Origin: an uncultured cyanobacterium
GTDB lineage: Bacteria > Cyanobacteriota > Cyanobacteriia > Leptolyngbyales > Leptolyngbyaceae
Assembly: GCA_963766075.1 (NCBI GenBank)
Contig: CAVYAN010000001.1
Location: 1-52,943 of the forward strand
DNA length: 52,943 nt
Reading direction: 5' to 3'
The notes under the pieces were generated by a model, which was not told where the DNA came from, did not search any database, and saw only the letters and a list, made by a program, of their open reading frames with translations. How positions within the stretch are numbered: position 1 is the first letter of the stretch; every line of letters starts with the position of its first letter. Below, piece by piece: positions 1-8,386 of this stretch. A program made the translations under genes and the position numbers.

Positions 1-110
1 CGGCGGCCAGGTGGCGGCCCCAGCGGGTCGCGCTGTCGACCTCGTGCGCGCGAGTCAATGGATAAAGAGGAGGAACGCGCCAAATTCGGTTCTGTATGCG
101 CGGCTCGCTG

Positions 111-176
111 AATGTCCGCTTCGCTCCAAAAGCGACCGAAATGGTGCGTTGCCGCGAAATGACGCGATGGGCCATA
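111..176. repeat. Alphaproteobacterial (Bradyrhizobium-type) dispersed intergenic repeat
   Basis: AATGTCCGCTTCGCTCCAAAAGCGACCGAA...TGCCGCGAAATGACGCGATGGGCCA resembles, from memory, a multicopy intergenic element of Hyphomicrobiales; only one copy in the window. Confidence 0.5.
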
Positions 177-313
177 AAAAGACATCACGCCTGCGGTTCG
201 ACATAATGAAAGAGACCGCCAATTGAGGCAGCCTCAGACGCGGTCGCGGATACGCCGCACTTTGCCTTCTATAATGCCACGGGCCTTTCGGTGCATCCTG
301 GCCGGCAGGGGAA

Positions 314-1771
314 ATGAAAATGACGGATCCGCATCAGACAGCGCGACGCCGGGCAGGTCGCGCGTATTTCGAGTATCTTGCTCCGGTCTGCCTCGCGACC
401 CTTGGCCTCGCATGTGCTGGCCCGGCCGCGTTTGCAGCGGACAAGCCGCCTTTAAATCCTGATCCGCCGTCGTCGCTCACAACGACATCGCGGGTTTCGG
501 CGACCATAGAATTCGGCCTGCCCGCGCTGGCCTCCGCGATCGAGCGCGAAGTCCCGCGGCGTCTCGCCACCATCGACGAAGAGGTCAGATGCGTGCATCG
601 GCGAGTACTGGGCTTCAGGGTCAACGCCAATTGCGACATCTACGGCTATATCGAACGGACCGGGCCGGTCACGCTGTATGGCCGTGGTGACCACGTCATT
701 GGCGCCACTCGCATTTCCGGCGCCGCGGAAGGCCAGGGCGCCAACCGCTTCACCGCCCGTATACGCGGCGAGACCGAAGCCAGCGCTATCGTCGAGGCAG
801 AAGCGCGTCCACAATTGCGCCGCGACTGGTCGCTAGACTTGAATTTCAGCGACGGCTTTCGCTGGAGCGAGCCACCTTATCTCCACGTCCTCGGCCGTGA
901 TATCGCGCTTGCGAAATATGCCGAGCCGCGCATTCGCGCGCAATTGGCTAAGGTCCGGTCGCGGGCCGACGCCGCGGCGCGGCGGCTCGATCTGCACGGC
1001 AAGGCGGCAGCCGCCTGGCAGCAAGCATTCGAGCCGATCAAGCTCGTCGACGAGCCGCAAGTCTGGTTGCAGTTGACGCCGCAAAGTGCCGCGTTTGCCG
1101 GCGTGCGCGCAAACGCAAAAGTCCTTTCAGGATCTCTCGAGCTTTTAGGCTCGGCCGAGACTTTCATTGGCCAAGCACCGCCCGCCGTCACGCCGACGCC
1201 GCTACCGCCGCTTGGCACGGGCGTCAACGCGCCCGGCTCATTCGACGTCATCCTGCCAGTGCGCATCAGTTACGACACGCTGCGCGACAAGATCATGCAG
1301 GTGATTGCTGCCGCCGCGCCGAAGGGCCAAAAAACCATCCGGGAGGTCCAAATCTATCCGTCGTCGGGCAAGCTGGTGGTCGGATTACGAATGGCAAATT
1401 CCTCCGATACTGACGCCAGCACAGGCGAATGGACCTATCTTTCTTGCACACCAAATATCGATCTGGACAAGCAGACGGTTCAGCTCTCCGATCTCGCCGC
1501 GGACGGCGCGGACGTCAACACTATCGGCGCAATGCTTGGCGACGACAATCTGCTCGGGCAGTTGCAACAAATGACCAATATCAGCTACGGCGCCGCCTAT
1601 CAGAACCTGCTGATTGCCGCGAACCAGCGGCTGACCCGACCTTTGAAGAACGGTTTTCGTATGGAAGGAAATCTGACGTCGGCGAAACTCGAGAAGGTCT
1701 TGCTGCTCGGTGATGGCTTGAACATCGCGCTTCATGCCAGCGGCGAACTGAAAATCCTATACGGACTCTGA
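314..1771 (+). CDS. DUF4403 family secreted protein
   Basis: 485-aa ORF with a signal-peptide-like N-terminus (LATLGLACAGPAAFA); segments such as AWQQAFEPIKL..PQVWLQLTP typical of DUF4403; TGA overlaps the next ATG. Confidence 0.7.
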   Translation: MKMTDPHQTARRRAGRAYFEYLAPVCLATLGLACAGPAAFAADKPPLNPDPPSSLTTTSRVSATIEFGLPALASAIEREVPRRLATIDEEVRCVHRRVLGFRVNANCDIYGYIERTGPVTLYGRGDHVIGATRISGAAEGQGANRFTARIRGETEASAIVEAEARPQLRRDWSLDLNFSDGFRWSEPPYLHVLGRDIALAKYAEPRIRAQLAKVRSRADAAARRLDLHGKAAAAWQQAFEPIKLVDEPQVWLQLTPQSAAFAGVRANAKVLSGSLELLGSAETFIGQAPPAVTPTPLPPLGTGVNAPGSFDVILPVRISYDTLRDKIMQVIAAAAPKGQKTIREVQIYPSSGKLVVGLRMANSSDTDASTGEWTYLSCTPNIDLDKQTVQLSDLAADGADVNTIGAMLGDDNLLGQLQQMTNISYGAAYQNLLIAANQRLTRPLKNGFRMEGNLTSAKLEKVLLLGDGLNIALHASGELKILYGL

Positions 1772-2989
1772 TGTTCATGCGTGTTGCCACGTTGCGCCGC
1801 GCCAAGCTTCACCTGCTTCCGCACCGTTGCGGATTCGCTCTGGTCGCTGCCCTCTGCGTTATCGTTGGCTTTGCGAGCGCCGCAATGGCGCAGACACCTT
1901 TCTATCGGGCGCCGCCCTCGGCCGTCGCTGGCGCTCCGGGCACGCTCGTCCGGCAGGAGCCGATCGGTGGCGCGCCGCTTGGCGCTACGGCCTATCGCGT
2001 GCTGTACCGCTCGACCCGGCTGGACGACAAGTCGATCCTGGTCTCAGGCATCGTAATAGTGCCGCCAGGTCCACCGCCGCCTGGCGGCCGCCCGATCGTT
2101 GCCTGGGCGCATCCGACTTCCGGGATCGTGCCGCGCTGCGCGCCTTCGCTTGCGATCTTTATCTTCCAGCAGATCCAGGGCCTGCGCTCCATGGTCGAAC
2201 GCGGCTACGTGGTCGCGGCGACGGATTATCCGGGGCTGGGTACGCCGGGACCCCATCCCTACCTTGTCGGGGTGAGCGAAGCGCGCGCGGTGATCGAACT
2301 CGGTGCGCGTTGCGGGCACTTTGTCCGGCGCGGGCGGCGGGACAAGGTTCGTGGTCTGGGGCCATTCGCAAGGCGGGCAGGCGTCGCTCTTCACCGGAAT
2401 GATCGCTAAGACTTATGCACCCGAACTTGCGCTTCTCGGCGTCGCCGCTGCTGCACCTGCCACAGATCTTGCGACCTTGATGAACGACGACATCGTTACA
2501 GTCGGCGGCAGGAACATCACGGCCATGACACTTTGGTCATGGCAGCGGGTCTATGGTGCGGCCATGGACAAGATTGTCGACATCCGCGCCGTGCCCGTGA
2601 TCAATCGCCTTGCTCAGGAATGCGTCGAAGGGCCCTTCGACCTAGTCATGCGCCAGCGCACCGAAAAGCCACTAGAGCAGTATTTCCTGGCCACGAAGGG
2701 TCCCGGCGATTTGGAACCCTGGCATTCGCTGCTGGCCAAGAACACGCCCGACACATTAATCCCCGAGATACCCATTTTTGTTGCGCAAGGGGCGCGAGAT
2801 CTCATTGTTCGCCCGAAAGTTACGCGGGATTATGTCACCAAACTCTGCAGCGCCGGCAGCAAGGTAAGAATGCTTACCTTACCGAACATAGGCCATGGCA
2901 GGGCAGCCCAAGCCAGCGCGCTTGTGGCAGTCGATTGGATGACAGACCGATTTGACGGTAAATCACCTCCCGACGATTGCGGGAGATAA
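1771..2989 (+). pseudogene. Secretory lipase (LIP family alpha/beta hydrolase), frameshifted
   Basis: ORF 1771-2409 has a signal peptide, WAHPTSG and ATDYPGLG; ORF 2303-2989 has GHSQGG and the C-terminal Asp/His region; one extra A at 2297-2298 breaks the frame. Confidence 0.8.
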
Positions 2990-3059
2990 ACAAAGACTCC
3001 GCGGGATGGATGTCGAACAGGTTTGCGGGCTCGCCCGACCCAAGCGACTGGGAAAAACG

Positions 3060-4922
3060 ATGACGATGCGACGTCGCGAGTTCCTGACCGCAGGTGCCAC
3101 GGCCGCGGCTGCGGCCGTGCTGTCAGTTGATGGAACCGCTCAGCAAGCCGCCGCCGGCGAAGACCACTCTGTCGGCGACTTTATTCTGCGACGCACTGAA
3201 AACGGCTTGCAAATTCTCCACAAGGACAAATCTGACCGGATCCTTTGGGAGACCGTGCCAGACGGCACCTTCATCACGGCCGAGACCGCGATGGCCGACA
3301 TCAAGGATTTCGGCACGCCGATGGGCTTCTTTTCGATCACCGACTCGGTGTCAGCTACTTACGAGAAACCAACGATCGATAAGATCGAGGTCGTGGGAGA
3401 CACAGTCACGGTATCCGGAAAGCTGGCGGGCGTTGCGGGCAGCGTTCAATACAAGCTCGGATTCGAAGCCCTCTCGACGACAAGCTTACGCTTCATCATC
3501 AGCGCTGATGGATCGAACGCGTCGAATATAAACCGCATCACTCTGCAAGCCGCGTCGGTCGCGGACGAGGGATTTTTCGGCTTCGGTGAACAACTCACGT
3601 ATTTCAATCAGAAAGGTCACGTCCTGCCGGTCGTCGTGCAGGAGCATGGTGTCGGTCGAGGTCGGCCGATCGTCACGCAGCTTGTCGATCTGTTTGCCAG
3701 TCAGGGCGGAGGAAGTCCTTACATCACTGAAGCACCGGCCCCGCATTTCATAACAAGTCGCCTGCGGTCGATGTATCTCGAGAACTCGGAATACAGCACG
3801 TTTGATATGCGGCTATTCGATCGGGTCGTCCTCAAGGTCTGGTCGGGGACCATGACCGGCAAAATTCTCTACGGAGAGACACCACTCGACCTCATCGAGT
3901 CCTATACCGAGTATTCTGGCCGAATGCGTGCGTTGCCTGACTGGGTGCATTCGGGCGTCATCCTCGGTGTCGTCGGCGGCATTGCTGCGGTGCGGGCTAA
4001 GCTCGATAACGCGCGTAAGGCCAACATCCCCGTAGCTGGGCTTTGGATCCAGGACTGGGTCGGCATCCGCATCACGCCGGTTGGCACGCAGCTGTGGTGG
4101 AACTGGCAGCTCGACGAAACTTACTATCCTGGCTGGAAGGAACTCGTGGCCGACCTCGAAAGCCAAGGCGGCCGAATGCTCATCTACATCAACCCGTTTC
4201 TCAGCACCGAGCCGGGTCACGATTCACTTTTCGCCGAGGCGAAAGCAAAAGGCTATCTCGTCAAGAATGCCGACGGTACGCCATTTCTCAACAAGAATTC
4301 GAATTTCTACGCGGCGCTGCTCGACCTCAGCAACCCGGAGACGCGGACCTGGATCAAGAACGTCATCAAGACGGAAATGATTGGAAAGGCCGGTGCCTCA
4401 GGATGGATGAACGACTTCGGCGAAGCAATGCCCTTCGACGGCAGGATCCACGAGGGCAACCCTGCGGTATGGCACAACCGCTACCCTGAGGAGTGGGCGC
4501 GCGTGGCGCGCGAGGCGATCGAAGAATTGGGACGGGGCGACGAGATCCTATTTTTCGATCGCTCCGGCTTCACGCGCAGTCCCAGCTACGCGACGCTCTT
4601 CTGGCTCGGGGATCAACTTCAAAGCTGGGACGAGTTCAGCGGGATAAAGACAGCTGTCGTCGGTCTTCTTTCCGGCGGCGTATCAGGCTTCAGCTTGCTG
4701 CATAGCGACACGGGCGGCTACGACAGTTTCCAGTTCAAGCTCCTTGGCAAGGAAATACCCATTCTCGTACGCACACCGGAACTGCTAATGCGGTGGACCG
4801 AATTGAACGCCTTTACCGCAGTCTTGCGTACACATGAGGGGCTTGAACCGTCGGTCGCAACCCAATTCGATGCGAGCCCAGAGACCCTGGCCGGGCCACT
4901 TCCGCCCCTTCTGCTTGGGTAA
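3060..4922 (+). CDS. GH31 alpha-glycosidase, YihQ/sulfoquinovosidase-like, Tat signal, 3'-truncated near 4892
   Basis: MRRREFL twin-arginine signal; WIQDW, YINP, WMNDFGE (nucleophile), WLGDQ (acid/base), HSDTGGY, RTHEG; similarity to YihQ stops after ETLA. Confidence 0.85.
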   Translation: MTMRRREFLTAGATAAAAAVLSVDGTAQQAAAGEDHSVGDFILRRTENGLQILHKDKSDRILWETVPDGTFITAETAMADIKDFGTPMGFFSITDSVSATYEKPTIDKIEVVGDTVTVSGKLAGVAGSVQYKLGFEALSTTSLRFIISADGSNASNINRITLQAASVADEGFFGFGEQLTYFNQKGHVLPVVVQEHGVGRGRPIVTQLVDLFASQGGGSPYITEAPAPHFITSRLRSMYLENSEYSTFDMRLFDRVVLKVWSGTMTGKILYGETPLDLIESYTEYSGRMRALPDWVHSGVILGVVGGIAAVRAKLDNARKANIPVAGLWIQDWVGIRITPVGTQLWWNWQLDETYYPGWKELVADLESQGGRMLIYINPFLSTEPGHDSLFAEAKAKGYLVKNADGTPFLNKNSNFYAALLDLSNPETRTWIKNVIKTEMIGKAGASGWMNDFGEAMPFDGRIHEGNPAVWHNRYPEEWARVAREAIEELGRGDEILFFDRSGFTRSPSYATLFWLGDQLQSWDEFSGIKTAVVGLLSGGVSGFSLLHSDTGGYDSFQFKLLGKEIPILVRTPELLMRWTELNAFTAVLRTHEGLEPSVATQFDASPETLAGPLPPLLLG

Positions 4923-5301
4923 TCGTGTTGCCCGGAATCACCGCCGTCATCGCCTGAATCGGCACAATTTGGCCCCGCACTACAATCGACTCAGCCACGA
5001 TCCGCGCCCCCCGATCCTCCGGCTTCAGCTTAATCACCACCGGAGAATTGGCGGGAACAACTTCATTGCCTGCGGTGTCAAACAGTGGCTGAGCCAGGGG
5101 TACCGTCAACGGATAATCTTGTTTTTGCCCCACATCTACTGTGAGGTTACCAGGCAAGCTAATCACGACACCCGCAGTTTGGGGAATGGTGACACCGGAT
5201 TGAGCCTTCACCATAACGGTGGGTTCAGCCACCGCAGGCAAGGCCACCGCACCGCAGAGGGAAAGCGTCAGGGCCAGATTTAACCAGGTACGAGATTGCA
5301 T
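4893..5301 (-). CDS. Hypothetical secreted cyanobacterial protein, 3'-truncated at the junction
   Basis: ATG at 5301 with upstream AAGGAG; signal peptide MQSRTWLNLALTLSLCGAVALPAVA; beyond about 4893 the ORF reads into the antisense of the GH31 gene. Confidence 0.65.
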
Positions 5302-5441
5302 AAAAAGTCTCCTTATTGAGGCGTGTAGGTGGGGGTGTGGACCCCGTTCACTGCATCCATAGGGAAGACTTTCGTCGGTTATGCAATCCCATGTATCCGC
5401 TCAGACTCTCCCTCCCGCTCCCAGTCACTCTTCCAGATACC

Positions 5442-7001
5442 CTATTTTCGCGTGGGCCTATTTTGCACTGGCTCAGGAATTGTCACATCGATCGCCGTCA
5501 CCTTCCCCGCAGGCACCAAACTGCTCAGGGGCGGCTGCATATCCTGCTCCTTACCCACCACCAGTGTCACCAAATTCTCTGGCTTCAGATAGGTTTTGGC
5601 TACCCGCTGGACATCGGCCCGAGTCGTGGCCTCAACCCCCTGGCGATAGCGAAAAATAAAATCCGGAGGATAGCCAAAATATTCATAGCGCATCAGCCGT
5701 GCCAAGGTTTGGGCCGGTTCTTGGAAATTGAAAATGAAGGAATTCAAAACCGAATCCTTGGCGACGGTCAGTTCCGCCTCGGTGATGGGATCGGTCCGAA
5801 TGCGGTCAACTTCGGCTACGAGACTACGGATAAAGGGCACCGTAGCCGAGGACCGGGTTTGGCCGCCCGCCACAAATAGTCCTGGATAATCAAATTGAGG
5901 ACTCCACAGGCCATACACGCTGTACGCCAAGCCCTGGCGCGATCGCACCTCATTAAACAACCGTCCGCCAAATCCATTCAGCACCTCGTTCATCACCGAC
6001 AGAGCCGCATAGTCCGGACTATTCAACTGTCCGCCCAGGTGCCCCATTTGAATCGTGCTTTGGGTTAACTGGGGCTGATTGACGAAAAACACACCCTGGG
6101 ACTCGGCTTGCCGCACCAAGGGCAACGTGGGCATGGCCGCCGGACTCCCCGTGGGCTGCCATGCTCCAAATTGCGCTTCAATGCGACGGCGCATCGTTGG
6201 ACTATCAAAATCCCCCACAATTCCCAGCAGCATGTTCTGGGGCTGAAAATATTGCTGATGGAATTGCACTACATCCGATCGCGAAATCTTGTCCAGGGTG
6301 GCATATTCCAGCGTGCGGGCATAGGGACTGCTAGCCCCGTAAACTAATTTCTGAAACTCCCGCCCAGCAATGGCATTGGGGTCATCATTCCGCCGCGCAA
6401 TACCCCCGCGCAGTTGGGTTTTGGCCAAGGTCATTTGGTCCGCAGCAAAAGCCGGAGACTGCACCACCTCCGCAAACAGATTGAACACGGCATCCAGATC
6501 CTCCGTCAGCGCACTAAAGCTAGCACTGCCAGACGTTTCACCGATCCCCGTTTCCACCGAAGCCGCCCGTTGCTCCAGGAAATTATTCAGGTCTGCCGCC
6601 GAAGTTTTCTGGGTACCGCCCGTCCGCATCACCGTGCCGGTCAAACTCGCAAGGCCAACTTTATCGGCGGGTTCCAGGCGATCGCCCGTCCGAATCAGTA
6701 GCCTCCCTCCCACCAAGGGCAAATCATGATCCTCCATCAGATACACCGTCAGGCCGTTCGCCAGCCGAAACCGGGTATAGTCCGGCAACCGAATTTCCGG
6801 CAGTGGGGGAAAGGTCAGCTCAGTATAGTGTTTAGGCACTGGGGCCGGGACTAATCCTGACTGGGCCGACCGCGCCCCGGCTGGCCCGAGGGCCAGAAAC
6901 AGCAACAACAGCGGCACAATCACCAAACAAAAGCCAACAATACTGACTTTGGCAATCCGGCTAACTTTAGTAATCCGGCTGGAGGACGAAGGAGTGGACA
7001 T
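5442..7001 (-). CDS. M16 family (pitrilysin/PqqL-like) peptidase, non-catalytic-type subunit
   Basis: LANGLTVYLMEDHDLPLV, GLASLTGTVMRTGG (no HxxEH) and RLFNEVRSRQGLAY; N-terminal hydrophobic signal; start could be 7034. Confidence 0.85.
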   Translation of the reverse strand: MSTPSSSSRITKVSRIAKVSIVGFCLVIVPLLLLFLALGPAGARSAQSGLVPAPVPKHYTELTFPPLPEIRLPDYTRFRLANGLTVYLMEDHDLPLVGGRLLIRTGDRLEPADKVGLASLTGTVMRTGGTQKTSAADLNNFLEQRAASVETGIGETSGSASFSALTEDLDAVFNLFAEVVQSPAFAADQMTLAKTQLRGGIARRNDDPNAIAGREFQKLVYGASSPYARTLEYATLDKISRSDVVQFHQQYFQPQNMLLGIVGDFDSPTMRRRIEAQFGAWQPTGSPAAMPTLPLVRQAESQGVFFVNQPQLTQSTIQMGHLGGQLNSPDYAALSVMNEVLNGFGGRLFNEVRSRQGLAYSVYGLWSPQFDYPGLFVAGGQTRSSATVPFIRSLVAEVDRIRTDPITEAELTVAKDSVLNSFIFNFQEPAQTLARLMRYEYFGYPPDFIFRYRQGVEATTRADVQRVAKTYLKPENLVTLVVGKEQDMQPPLSSLVPAGKVTAIDVTIPEPVQNRPTRK

Positions 7002-7191
7002 GATCAAGTTTTCCAACGGAAAAAGGATGGGCAACAGTCGCCATCCTATTCTGGACGATTCCGATGCAAAATTAAAAATGCCAAATTAAGCGGCTCGCTC
7101 CCTCTTGCAGACAGCCCCCGCCCAAACAGGCATCACCCTCCGCCCCCTAACCTTTACGGCCCAGAACATCACCCCAGTGCATGTTCAATTT

Positions 7192-8103
7192 TTAATTCTT
7201 AGCCCCTGGCCAATGGTGGGCATGCCAGTGGCGCGCAATGTCCACCCGGCGGCACAGCCACACGCGATCGCGTTGCTGCACATAATCCAAGAAGCGGGCC
7301 AACGCGGCGGCGCGTCCAGGTCTGCCAACCAAGCGGCAATGCAGCCCCACGCTCATCATCTTGGGGGCCGTTTCCCCTTCGGCATACAGCACGTCAAAAG
7401 CATCCCGCAGATACGCAAAAAACTGGTCGCCAGAATTAAAGCCCTGGACTGAGGCAAACCGCATATCGTTGTTGTCCAGGGTATAGGGGATAACCAGATG
7501 AGGCTGCCCGTAGTCATGCACCCAGTAGGGCAAATCATCGGCATAACTGTCGGCATCGTAGAGAAAGCCGCCCGCTTCGACCACCAGCTTACGGGTGTGG
7601 GGACTGTTCCGCCCGGTATACCACCCCAAGGGCCGGCTGCCCGTCACCTCGGTATGAATGGCGATCGCCTTTTCCAAATGCTCTCGCTCCGCCGCTTCAC
7701 CAAAATATTTGTAGTCAATCCAGCGGTAACCATGGCTAGCAATTTCCCAGTCGGCCTCGTTCATGGCCGCGACAACCTCGGGATTGCGGGCCAAGGCCAT
7801 CGCCACGCCGTACACCGTCACCGGAATTCCCCGTTCGGTAAAGAGGCGGTGCAAACGCCAAAACCCGGCCCGACTGCCATACTCATAGCAGGATTCCATA
7901 TTCATGTGCCGTAGCCCCTCCAGCGGGACCGCACCGACAATTTCCGACAAAAACGTTTCCGAGGCGCTGTCGCCATGCAGGATAGAGGTTTCGCCCCCTT
8001 CCTCATAGTTGATCACAAACTGCACCGCCACCCGCGATCGCTGCGGAAACTGCGGGTCAGGCGTTTGCCGACCATACCCCACCATGTCGCGCGGATAAGA
8101 CAT
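7192..8103 (-). CDS. puuE: Allantoinase PuuE (polysaccharide deacetylase fold)
   Basis: YPRDMVGYG, VINYEEGGE, YEYGSRAGFWR, HGYRW, GLHCRLVGRPGR. Confidence 0.9.
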   Translation of the reverse strand: MSYPRDMVGYGRQTPDPQFPQRSRVAVQFVINYEEGGETSILHGDSASETFLSEIVGAVPLEGLRHMNMESCYEYGSRAGFWRLHRLFTERGIPVTVYGVAMALARNPEVVAAMNEADWEIASHGYRWIDYKYFGEAAEREHLEKAIAIHTEVTGSRPLGWYTGRNSPHTRKLVVEAGGFLYDADSYADDLPYWVHDYGQPHLVIPYTLDNNDMRFASVQGFNSGDQFFAYLRDAFDVLYAEGETAPKMMSVGLHCRLVGRPGRAAALARFLDYVQQRDRVWLCRRVDIARHWHAHHWPGAKN

Positions 8104-8386
8104 ACGCAAAAGTCACCCTGCAAAAATTAATCAGATAGAAGCCCCAGTAATTTACCCAAACTAGGCAGAATTAATGGGGCTAAAGACGCAGTTAGGAGGT
8201 ATCTCAGTGGTTAGCGTAACTAGAGAATTTCTAGAGCATGCATCTTTTAATAAGTTCTTAATATCATGGTCCCGGCATTCCGGCGTCGAGGCGGGCTGGA
8301 GGCAAATGGATCGGGCGACAGCGTGGATTGTGAGGGCATCGCCGCTGTGCGATTAGCACCCAAGGCCCCCACAGTCATAGTCCCCT

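Noticed and set aside
1..4892. Genomic island or prophage integrated in the cyanobacterium
   Set aside because: No integrase, tRNA, att or IS features, and both genes at the boundary are cut mid-sequence, which fits an assembly join better
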